A stretch of DNA of 64,000 nt from Naegleria gruberi. Lineage: Eukaryota. The stretch lies in the NCBI GenBank assembly GCA_000004985.1, contig GG738879.1; one strand, 5' to 3'. This document shows, piece after piece, positions 21,512 to 31,046 of this stretch; position 1 is the first letter of the stretch; every line of letters starts with the position of its first letter. Under the pieces are notes generated by a model. The model had not been told where the DNA came from. It saw only the letters and a program-made list of their open reading frames with translations, and ran no database searches. Made by a program: the position numbers and the translations under genes.

Positions 21512-22498
21512 TTAGAAGAGAGCGAGCATCAACATCATGATCAAAGCAGCTCCGAATGTGAAAACAGTTGAAGCACTGCTCTTACAGACACTCTTAAAGT
21601 TTGAACATCTTTGAGTTGCAGGTGGAACATATCCGTCAGTAGAAAGTGACAAACTACCATCAGAATTCTTTGTATATGTCTGTTGTTTTGGAATATTTCA
21701 ATTATTCATTTGATTTCAATCACATGTTAATGAAATTAAGGTTAATAATGAAATATTAAACATACAGTTTCTTCATAAGTATAATCACCACATGGTCCAC
21801 TATAATAATAAGAATTCTTGAAAGTATCAACAGCCTTGGTACCAGTAATGACAATATTTGAACAACTGTGGAAAGCAGTTTGACAAATAGTTGAAGTATT
21901 GGTAGAAGATGGAGGATATGAACAACATGTACCCATTGATTTGGTTTGAACGTTGAACATGGCAAGAGAACACTTTGGACAATTAATATCTGGAATGGTG
22001 ACAGTAATTGAATAGTTGAATGAAGTCTTATTGACAACATCATTGGTGGCGTGTGGAATGTGATCCAAGAGAACGTACTTATTGTAATCATCATCACCTC
22101 CAATACTCAAAGCAAGTCTATATGGAGAACCATCATGACTATTTTCCTATAAATATTTCATGACATTTAATCTTCCTTACTATTAAACACTTACAGTTGG
22201 ATACAAAGTACCCTATAAATAGTTGTAGTAGTTGAAGTTGAAGTATAACAAATATTTCATTATAATCATCCCACACAATTAACTATTTACTTACTTGGAA
22301 TTGAACAGTGAGTTTACCTGGAGCAATAGTGGTAATAGGTTGTCCATCACCAAAGAATTGAACACCACCACATGGATAGGTATATAAATCATTGGCAGAG
22401 GTTCTTGGAGGTGGATAGACAAGTCTGGTGTGAGCAAGGGCTCCAGTAACGAGGCATACAGCCATCACCAAGAAGGTACAGAGAAGAATCTTTTGCAT
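21512..22498 (-). CDS. Secreted, GPI-anchored LPMO-like / X325-like copper-protein candidate, four exons, about 255 aa.
   Basis: Exons on the minus strand are 22498..22295, 22212..22195, 22146..21766 and 21679..21512.
- The signal peptide MQKILLCTFLVMAVCLVTGALA is followed directly by HTRLVYPPPR, which places a histidine at position 1.
- A second His lies in LLDHIPHA.
- There are several Cys pairs.
- The final exon ends ...CKSSASTVFTFGAALIMMLMLALF, which looks like a GPI omega site plus a hydrophobic tail.
The track ORFs read through introns. Confidence 0.55.
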
Positions 22499-22940
22499 TT
22501 TGTTTTTTAGTTTTCAGAAAATTCAAACATTCTCTTTGGAGTTTTTAAGAGTTTTTTGAAGAGCATGATTCACACCTTTCATGTTCTAAATTAGGGTATT
22601 TATCCATTGAACGAACACTCGCTTAGATGAACACTCTTAGAGATCTGTTGTTTGATGAGGACATAATTGGGGTTTTGAGTTGGCTTACTGCATCATGTGG
22701 TGAAATACATTGCAATTAGCCGAAAGCCAAAGGAAAATATTATAAATATATATAAATATTATATTGCTTACTAATTGCTATTGTGTGGTTGGTTTTGTGT
22801 GGAAAGAAGAAACCGTTTTGTGATCAAAGAACATGTTGCATTGTTTAACATATTGTGTCCACAAAATATCTACTCATGTGTGGGAACCAAGAAGTAATAA
22901 GGCAGGAATCAGTGCACCTATTACTCAAAACAAGAAGCAA

Positions 22941-23016
22941 ATTGATAGGGTTTTGATTGGGTGCGAAATATTTTGATTGGATTTTGATTGAATGCAGAAA
23001 GCTTTGTTGATAGGTG
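22941..23016. repeat. Tandem array of 4-5 TTTTGATTGG-like units. Each carries ATTGG, which is CCAAT on the opposite strand.
   Basis: The copies are attgataggg, ttttgattgg, ttttgattgg, ttttgattga and tttgttgatagg. They lie about 450-520 bp upstream of the minus-strand LPMO-like gene start. Confidence 0.5.
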
Positions 23017-23363
23017 ATGTCCAAGAATGGTCTTTCTATTTTATTGGTGGAAATTTGTTCTTTTATGGAGTTTTGAATGCAGGCTATTGGTAAGGGAGAA
23101 TTTGTTGATGAGATAGATATTTTTCAAATGAATTATTGGTGAATTATTTACAGAATATTTAGAATGTTGTTAGGTTGTGTGGAAGGATAAATATTAACTG
23201 TAATACGATGTTGAAGCCTTAATGAGTTGGAATGATTTTAAGGAAAATATCGAGATGTAACCTTCATACCAAAAATCGATAAATAATGTTGAGTAATAAG
23301 AATACATCACTCACTGAAAAAACCAAAGATGTTTTATATTTATTTTACAGAGACAAAAAGGTG

Positions 23364-23434
23364 TAGGAAGACAGGGAATCGAACCCTGATCTTAGGAACC
23401 ACAATCCCATGTTCTACCACTGAACTATCTCCCT
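23364..23434 (-). tRNA. tRNA-His (anticodon GUG), 71 nt, discriminator A73, position 1 is A (A1:U72).
   Basis: Minus-strand sequence: AGGGAGA-TA-GTTC-AGTGGTA-GAAC-A-TGGGA-TTGTGGT-TCCTA-AGAT-CAGGG-TTCGATT-CCCTG-TCTTCCT-A. A and B boxes are present. A T5 terminator follows immediately downstream. Confidence 0.85.
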
Positions 23435-23680
23435 TCATGTGAAGACAATTACAAACTAAATTAATCAAACCCTCTTTGATTCAAGATGGTGTAAAAAACC
23501 TTGTCATCTTTAGACAGAGCTTTGCCAATAAATGACATAAGGATCCCAAGAATGCTTTACAATATAATATGAACTAGTACTTGAGAATCCCTTGGTGTGA
23601 TCTTTTATTATTATTGGTTGAATGGAATAATGTCTTGGAATTAGATTCGATTCAAGCCAAAAAAATTGTCGAATTTTAAC

Positions 23681-25064
23681 ATGTTATTCGCTGCCCTGTA
23701 TTTTCTCCTGTATCTTTGCTGTTTAATATTTGGAGCCTATTGTGTATCTGAAGGAGGTGATATTCTCGGATCAATCTATGATGCCTCTATCATTGGTGGT
23801 ATTGTTATTTCCACCTTGAATACATTACCAGAGACTATTTTCTTCATCACTGCTCTCTCCTCCAATCAACCAACCTTTGCTTTGGGTGCTATTAGTGGTA
23901 GTGTCATTGTTGTGTGCACCATTGCTGTTGGATTGTGTATTATTATAGGATCAAAGGCTAAGGAAGCTAAATCTATGAAACGATCATCGGTTTCCTTGAC
24001 TGAGAGTGCATCAAACTCTTCTCATAGTCAACAACACCAACATCAACATCAACACGGAAGAATTAATTTATTTTCCAAAGTTAAACAACAAGCTAGATTT
24101 TTGAGTTATAGTTTAGTCTTTGTAATTTCAACTCTTTTATTCGGATTCCAAACATGGATTGGGTAAGTTTTAGTAATTTATTAGTAATTATTTAAATATT
24201 GTTTTAATTACATTTAATATTATTATTATTATAATAATATATTTACTATTAATTTAATTAATTTAATATAATTTTGCAACTATGAATATAGTATCGGAGG
24301 ATGTATATCATTTGCTGCTTTTATTCTCTTTACTTTATTCAACAAATCTCAAGATGGAAAAACAGCTCCTGAACATCATTTGAGCGAATCCAGTGATGAA
24401 GAGGAAGAAGAGCATGAACCTGCTTGGAAGGGTGGTCTCTATTTAGCCCTCGGAGGAGCAATGATCTATCTCTTCTCTGATCCATTCATTCAAAGTGTTG
24501 TTGTCATTGGTGAATCATTGAATATTACACCATTGACTCTTGCATTCTTCTTTGCTCCAATTGCTAGGTAAGTTTTAGTGATTGTTGCTGTGCTAATTAC
24601 AATTTAATTATTATTAGTGAAGCACCTGAGATTTTGGAAAGTATTTCGTTATCTAGACAAGGAAAGACTCAAAATATTAATATTGCTTTCAGTAATCTTG
24701 TTGGTGGTACAATCTCAAAGACTACTTTATTGACAGGTGTATGTTTATTATTATTGAATTATTTATTTAATTATTGAAATTATTTACTGAAATATTGAAT
24801 TTCCCTGATGAATCATTGTAATGATAGATTTTAAGTTTGTATGGTGTTCAAAGAGGATTTGAATGGATTAGTCCAGCCTACACTGTCAGTACCTTGTTAT
24901 TATTGATTTGTGCTGCTTCTGTTGCTTCATTTGGTTATTCTGCCAACCATACAGCAACAAGTGGTTATGCATTGATTGCTCTTTTCATTGCTAGTGGATG
25001 TGTTCAATTTTTCACTGCTTTAGCATATGGAACAACTGCTGTTATTGTTCCTCCAGTCGAGTAA
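23681..25064 (+). CDS. CaCA-superfamily (Na+/Ca2+ exchanger-like) membrane protein, four exons, about 373 aa.
   Basis: Exons are 23681..24162, 24292..24567, 24618..24738 and 24828..25064. Introns are AT-rich and of GTAAGT/GTATGT type. There are alpha-repeat-like motifs LNTLPETIFF and ARSEAPEILESISL; compare NCX GSSAPEILLSVIE. Multiple TM helices and an acidic loop (SESSDEEEEEHE) are present. The real ATG is at 23681; the track's start at 23666 is a TTG. Confidence 0.5.
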
Positions 25065-25196
25065 ATTTTGAAAAACAAATTCTAATATATTACAATTATT
25101 TATTATAATTTACAAGTAGTTACAGTTGACATTTCTGTGCCAACAACATGGATTTAAACATTTATATTGATAATTTATTGAACTATCAATATTTGT

Positions 25197-25592
25197 TTAA
25201 AGACCAAGATTGGATCTAATTCCAGCAATGAGTTCTTCTTGTTTTTGCTTCATAATCTTCTTGGCATCTTTTTGGTTCAATTGTCCTCTGAGTCTACTTT
25301 CCAATTTTTGCTTCAAACTATTAACGTCCTTCTTAATTTGATTAGCTTCCTTTGGATGTTCTTTAGCAACCTTTTCAATTTTATTAGCAACAACCTTTAC
25401 AAGTGGTTTGACAACAAATTCATGAAGTTCAGCAACTTGATCCTTTGTAGTGACACCAATTGGAAGAGTTTCAATTTTAGCTCCACTCTTTTCCAAGACG
25501 TTATCAACAACTTGAGAAGAGTAGACGCAACCAACAAGGAGACACAATAATAAACCTACAATGAAGAGGTTACTGAGAGAGTGTTTGTACAT
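25197..25592 (-). CDS. Small secreted/anchored K/E-rich protein (131 aa); hypothetical.
   Basis: ATG at 25592 in an A-rich context. The N-terminus is hydrophobic (LFIVGLLLCLLVGCVYS). The remainder is charged and helical. Confidence 0.45.
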   Translation of the reverse strand: MYKHSLSNLFIVGLLLCLLVGCVYSSQVVDNVLEKSGAKIETLPIGVTTKDQVAELHEFVVKPLVKVVANKIEKVAKEHPKEANQIKKDVNSLKQKLESRLRGQLNQKDAKKIMKQKQEELIAGIRSNLGL

Positions 25593-25943
25593 TTTTTTAT
25601 AGTTTTTGTTATCGTTCTATTCTTGCTGTTACGGCACTTGAATATGGTTGTCGTTGTTTGGAAATGTTGATGTTGGCCTAAAAATGGGAGAAAGGTTTCG
25701 AACAGTCGGAAATACAAATTGTTCAAAGATGCTCAAAAGAAGAATCTAAATGGCACATAGGGAAGGTAATAGCTGTGCTTGGTAAAGGTTATTTGTAAAA
25801 CATGAAGTCTAAGGTTAATAATAAAACCATCTATTTGAATTTTTCATTGTAAACTTGCAAATTTCAGAGTTTCATTAATTCAAATCCAAATTCCAATACC
25901 TTCAAAAATATTCTTTCAATTTATTACAAAGAGAGAGATATCT

Positions 25944-27204
25944 TTATTCATGATAATTGAAATAAACTCCCTTCAACCATCTCTCACCCTTAAACGAAGT
26001 TCTTGCATGAAACATTTTTTGATTATTGTAAAATATAAAATCTCCCTTCTCCAATCTAAAATAGAATTGATTCTTTCTATCTCTCACAATATTGGTAAAC
26101 TTGTTATAGGCCTTGTAAAACTCGGGAAGATAATCAAAATCAAAAACATGTGGAGCATAGGTAAAGTAGCTGAATCTCAATTGTTTGATTTCCTTTCCGT
26201 CTTGACTCAATTCAATAATTGGCTTGTACAAGATACTTTCGAATTTTTGTTGTTTTCTGTGAAATTTCACTGGAAATTCACTCAAAATCTTGAAGGCAAG
26301 AGGATCAATCTGTTTCAGATACCAAGCTGCTTGGACAGAGTTGACCACATAATTATCACCTCCTTCTGTGGCTGGAATGATACAGTGCAGGAGTTGGAGC
26401 TCTGGTGGATTCTCAATGAATGGTTGATCTGTGTGCAGGTCAACTGGGGCATCTGTGTAACCAAGTTGATCGTTGTTTTGGTTGGTGGTATTGTCAACTC
26501 TCAAATCTTCAAGTCTTCCAAAGTGTGTTGGAATAACTGAGAGATGAGGAGAGAATGCATCGCTTTACATTGTAAATTTTACTAAAATTCCAAAAATTCG
26601 AAACCTACATGATTAGTTCAGTATCGATTTCTATTCCTCTCACCAATACAGCACAGTCCCTTTTCAATCTTTCCAAAACATCAGAAACGAAACTCTCTGG
26701 AATTGATTCTTGTAAAGTAGCATATTTCGAATAGTGCACTTCAATTAAACTCAAGTCATGATCTGGCACCTTAACCTTCTCTATTCTATTTCTTCCATAG
26801 GCATACCTTTGAAGGAAACTCTCCTTATACTCTGTAACATGTCCATCCTGCCACTCTATTCTCAACACTGCTTCACTAGGATTAGTTTCTTCATCATTCG
26901 AAACGAAAGTATCCACAAAAGTCTTGTCATGTTCTGGCAACTCTTTCAACAGAAATACCTGAACAGAAGCTGGTTCAATAGCAAGATCCACTTGTGAGGA
27001 ATCAATAATTCTCTCCAATGTTTTTGCATGTCTTGATTTTGGCACGTGATTACAATTGTGTCGAAGCCAAAAGTAATGGAAATCAGAATAATCTGATGAA
27101 GGATTTGAGAAGTGAACTCGAAGAAATGGAAGATGATCAGCCTCTGAAGATACTTGGTTTTGATCAAGAGCAAGATCTTTTGATGGGAATTGAGTCAAGT
27201 GCAT
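25944..27204 (-). CDS. Gamma-butyrobetaine hydroxylase / trimethyllysine dioxygenase-like (TauD family) with an N-terminal region resembling DUF971; two exons.
   Basis: Exons on the minus strand are 27204..26609 and 26562..25944, with a 46-nt intron (GTAGGT...GTAAAG); phase checked. Motifs match GBBH/TMLH: HFSNPSSDYSDFHYFWLRHNC, PTHFGRLEDL and DQLGYTDAPVDLHTDQPF. The track 'M' codons are TTG. Confidence 0.7.
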
Positions 27205-27756
27205 TGTTTGCTTTTTTTTCAATCTTGATTCGTAAAAGGATGGAAACAGAAGTGAAAAGGTTTGAAATTCAGATTGTGAAAAATGTGGAATTTCCAAGCA
27301 TTTCTTTTTAAAAGCAAAACAAGAATGTTTCGAATTTTCATTATTGTAATCCAAATGTCATTTTGTAAAATCTTCGATCATCCAAGTCAACTACTGTTTT
27401 TAAAGCTGTGAAAAATCAATTTCCCTTATTCCCCTCTATTCTATGTAGGAAGATTTGACCACATGATCTTCCATTACTTTCAGCGGCGAATATTAACTCA
27501 ACACTAAAATTCCATCATGATGAAGAGCTCTGAGGTGGAGTGGAAGGATAATCCATTATTATTATTATTGAACCATCAAATCAAAGTGGCCACTCACCAA
27601 GCAGCTGCTTACCTTCTCATCAACATATTTTCCTCCTGAGGAGGTTGTGCATATCTTCCTTCTCAATAAAAACAACCAGTCCGTCCGAGAGAACTGATCA
27701 CAATATGGTTGATCATCAGGGCAAGCAATTTGCAAAATGTCTTTGAAAAAAACAAA

Positions 27757-28425
27757 ATGATGAGAATTAGTAGCATTGCATTCCTTTTACTTTCAACATG
27801 TTTAATTGTTGCTGTTGGTTGTGCATTTGGACAACAACCAAAGAGTACACCAGTTTGGCCAGGTACATTCCGACAAACCTTTACTGAAACTACACAACTA
27901 TTCAAATTCATGTCACCTTTTGTTACCAATGGTACTTATTATTATGATGTAACCAATCAGAGACAACGTATTGATAGATTGGATGGAAGTCATGATAGAT
28001 ATTGTGGTTCAGTTCACTTTGACAAGTCCACTCCATGTGTCCATTTAGTTGTTAAAGAAAAGAGATATCTAGTTTTCCCAGAATTGAAATCATGTTGTAT
28101 GTGTTGTACTGCAGAGAATGGATGTGGTGTCTTGAAGACTAATTGGCTTTTCAATTCCACCTATATTGGACAAACTACATATAATGGATATCCAGTTCAT
28201 CAATGGGATAAGAAGGGTTTACAAAACAATTACTATTATGAAATGATTGCAAATAATGTACCAGTTGCCATTGATCAACAACCTAATGATTTGATGGTCT
28301 TTGATCCAAAATCATATTCAACTACTCCACTTCCTGATTCTCTCTTTGCTGTACCAAGTTATTGTACTGATGATAGTGGAAAGGATCATTCTTGTCCATT
28401 CTTCTCTATCTGTACTATTGCTTAA
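27757..28425 (+). CDS. Secreted Cys-rich protein (222 aa); hypothetical.
   Basis: Real ATG is at 27757 (aaaacaaaATGATGAGA). The signal peptide is MMRISSIAFLLLSTCLIVAVGCAFG. There are about 14 Cys, including a CCMCC cluster. Confidence 0.55.
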   Translation: MMRISSIAFLLLSTCLIVAVGCAFGQQPKSTPVWPGTFRQTFTETTQLFKFMSPFVTNGTYYYDVTNQRQRIDRLDGSHDRYCGSVHFDKSTPCVHLVVKEKRYLVFPELKSCCMCCTAENGCGVLKTNWLFNSTYIGQTTYNGYPVHQWDKKGLQNNYYYEMIANNVPVAIDQQPNDLMVFDPKSYSTTPLPDSLFAVPSYCTDDSGKDHSCPFFSICTIA

Positions 28426-28741
28426 ATAAATATTACATTGAATAAAAAGCAGTTCAATGAATAATAATTATTTTAATAATACAATTTCATCAATTAGCTT
28501 GCAATGATGACACCACAGAAGAAATAAACTTGGAAAGATTACAATTTAAAATATTTAAAAAAAATATCGTCATCATGATGATCAATGGAAGGAGATCATT
28601 CCAATAATCCTTTACATACACAATTATGATCAATAATTAGGAATTAACAAAAGGAATATATCCTAAAGGGAACAATTAACAAGGAATATCAGCAAGTTTA
28701 AAAGCAAGACATTAGGAAAAGAATGAAAGATAAAACAGAAT

Positions 28742-28814
28742 CGCCCACCGTGGGGGTCGAACCCACGACCACAAGGTTAAGAGCCTTGCGCTCTACCGAC
28801 TGAGCTAGACGGGC
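28742..28814 (-). tRNA. tRNA-Lys (anticodon CUU), 73 nt.
   Basis: Minus-strand sequence: GCCCGTC-TA-GCTC-AGTCGGTA-GAGC-G-CAAGG-CTCTTAA-CCTTG-TGGTC-GTGGG-TTCGACC-CCCAC-GGTGGGC-G. It is near-identical in body to metazoan tRNA-Lys-CTT. A T-run lies downstream. Confidence 0.9.
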
Positions 28815-28959
28815 TACATATCACACTCTAAAAATCTCAATAAAAAATTATTGAGCTTTAATGATTCTCATTATCTTGGTATTCTTTGTGTTTGGTTATA
28901 ACCGTGATTTAATAATAGAATATTAAATAATCAAAGAAATTTTCCTTAATTTATTCATG

Positions 28960-29230
28960 TCAGATGACATGCTGCTATTTCGCTCTCTCGGTTAGTTCAG
29001 AGTGGATTCTTCATCGTTACAATATCAACCTCGTCCAATCAGCAGGCGAGTGTACGGCTTTATTATTGGCCAAGAAACAACGCCTCCCTGGTGCGGTTGC
29101 TTTATTGGTAATCAAAACGCGAGTAAACACAACGCTCAATGTTTTTCTGCAGAATTTTAATTGAAAACCGTCTCAAAAAAATCAAAGCTAGTCTCCTTCT
29201 CGGCCGCTTTACTTTCTTGACGTTTCCGTT
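28960..29230 (+). promoter_or_regulatory. GC-rich island with three CCAAT/ATTGG boxes; probable promoter or structured leader of the AdoMetDC gene.
   Basis: Local GC is far above the surrounding intergenic DNA (ggcgagtgtacggc, cgcctccctggtgcggttgc). CCAAT sits at 29015-29019 and inverted ATTGG at 29055-29059 and 29094-29098. The track ORF 28964-29164 has atypical codon usage and is probably non-coding. Confidence 0.3.
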
Positions 29231-29578
29231 TATCGACAACATCATTACTTCTTGCTATTTTGAAAAGCTTCCACTTTTCAAGTACATCATCTGATAAAAG
29301 TTACTTTATGCAATTTGCTGAACAGCAACCTATAAAAGAAAACCGTAGGCAAAACAAAGAATTATTGTTTATCTTAAAAAGCAATGTAAGTACCACACTT
29401 ATTGTTTGTGGTATATATATGATTTCTGTTTTTTATGTTGCTCCGAATATCATGTGATGATGAAATAACGGTTTTGGAATATATTTATCTCTCTAGGCCA
29501 TCCTCCACCCATCCTAGCACTGAATGCGACCATTGTCAAGAATCTGTTGCTGCTGAAGTAGAACATGTCGCTCAAGAA

Positions 29579-30820
29579 ATGACCCACGTTAATGGTAAAC
29601 CAATTCTTGTTAACTATGCCGAAAAGCATGTTAAACACGTTGATTGTGAATGTTGTGCTGAAGCTGGATTCGAAGGTCCAGAGAAGAGATTAGAATTAGA
29701 TTTCCGTCCTATTGCTAGTGACTTGCCAATTTATCAACAATATAAGGATAAGCATAGAGATGGTTCTGAAGAAGATGACATTTCAAACTTCTACAACTTG
29801 ATGAACGTTACTGATGAAACTTGGCAATCCATGTTGGACTTGGCTTGTTGTAGAATTCTTTCCAAGAAGACTAACGAACATTTTGTTTCTTATGTTTTGA
29901 GTGAATCTAGCTTGTTTGTTTTTAAGAGAAAACTTGTCATCAAGACTTGTGGTACCACCACATTGTTGGGTATTTTGAAGAAGTTGAAGGAAATTGCTGC
30001 CACTCAAGGTTTGGAAGCTGAATTGGTTATTTTCAGTAGAAAGAATTATGTCTTCCCACATAGACAACCACATTACCACTCCTCTTTCGAAGAAGAATTG
30101 AAATACTTGACTGATGATTTCCCAGGTGGTGAAGGCCACGTTGTCGGTTCAGTATTGTCTGACCATTGGTATATTTACATTTGTGATATGCAAGGTGTTG
30201 ATGATCAAATTACAAAGGATCCTGACCAAACATTGGAAGTTTTGATGCACGATTTGGATCCTGCTGTTATGAGACAATTTATGGAAGAAGCTAGAAAGGA
30301 AAGAGCTCCTGGTGTTACTATCGAACAACAATCTGGTATTGATAAATTGTTGCCAGGTTCCGAAATTGATTCCTTCGAATTTGATCCATGTGGTTACAGT
30401 ATGAACGGTTTATTGGGTAAGACTTATTGGACTATTCACATTACTCCAGAAGATAGCTGCTCATTTGTCAGCTTTGAAACTAATGTTAAGACATCCAAGA
30501 TTGAAAATTACTCTGAACTCATTGAAAGAGTTATTCATACTTTCAGACCAGGTCGTTTCACTGTTACTTTGTTTGCTGATGACCACTGGGATATTCAACA
30601 TGAACTCCACAGAACTCCAAGCAAGCAATGTTTGTCAGACGAACACACCACTCTCTTGGACCAAGAATCCTTCCAAATCCACAATTCCAACTTGATGAAG
30701 ACTTACAGTGCTTTCACTAATTTGGCTCTCGGTGATGAATACAAATTGAAGAGTAAGACTTTCTACGAATTCACTGGTGGTTACAATTTGACTTTCACTA
30801 ACTTTGCCAAGATTAAGTAA
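29579..30820 (+). CDS. S-adenosylmethionine decarboxylase proenzyme (AdoMetDC), about 413 aa.
   Basis: Motifs present are FEGPEKRLELDF, the cleavage/pyruvoyl site YVLSESSLFVF, KTCGTT and FDPCGYSMNG. The first in-frame ATG is at 29579. An in-frame ATG-less extension reaches back to 29435. Confidence 0.8.
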   Translation: MTHVNGKPILVNYAEKHVKHVDCECCAEAGFEGPEKRLELDFRPIASDLPIYQQYKDKHRDGSEEDDISNFYNLMNVTDETWQSMLDLACCRILSKKTNEHFVSYVLSESSLFVFKRKLVIKTCGTTTLLGILKKLKEIAATQGLEAELVIFSRKNYVFPHRQPHYHSSFEEELKYLTDDFPGGEGHVVGSVLSDHWYIYICDMQGVDDQITKDPDQTLEVLMHDLDPAVMRQFMEEARKERAPGVTIEQQSGIDKLLPGSEIDSFEFDPCGYSMNGLLGKTYWTIHITPEDSCSFVSFETNVKTSKIENYSELIERVIHTFRPGRFTVTLFADDHWDIQHELHRTPSKQCLSDEHTTLLDQESFQIHNSNLMKTYSAFTNLALGDEYKLKSKTFYEFTGGYNLTFTNFAKIK

Positions 30821-31046
30821 GTGAGATAAAATTTGGCAACTATTGTTGTTTTTGCTAAGATTTCATCTCTCTTGCACTGTTATTCAGTGTTGCGCGTGCC
30901 ATAAACCCTCATCACTTATGTGATGACAAGCTCAACAATAAAAACAAGTTTTCTTAAATTATATTTGATAAACTTGATATCGCGCTCAGTGAGATCATTT
31001 GAATTCATTAGAACGGCATTATCTTTTATTATTTATGGCAAGGTCC

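Noticed and set aside
23300-28900. Looked for retrotransposon (TRE/DIRS-like) insertions next to the tRNA genes, and for any CRISPR-like arrays.
   Set aside because: No RT/integrase-like ORFs, LTRs or target-site duplications are visible within about 1 kb of any of the four tRNAs. CRISPR is not expected in a eukaryote and no regular repeat-spacer array is present.
28964-29164. 66-aa ORF inside the GC-rich block.
   Set aside because: Its codon usage and GC content are unlike any neighbouring gene, and it has no Kozak-like A-rich context. It is more likely non-coding leader or promoter.
29185-29215. CTTCTCGGCC string reminiscent of the U2 snRNA 5' end.
   Set aside because: The downstream sequence does not match the invariant U2 GGCUAAGAUCAAGUGUAGUAUCUG. 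It is a coincidental 10-mer.
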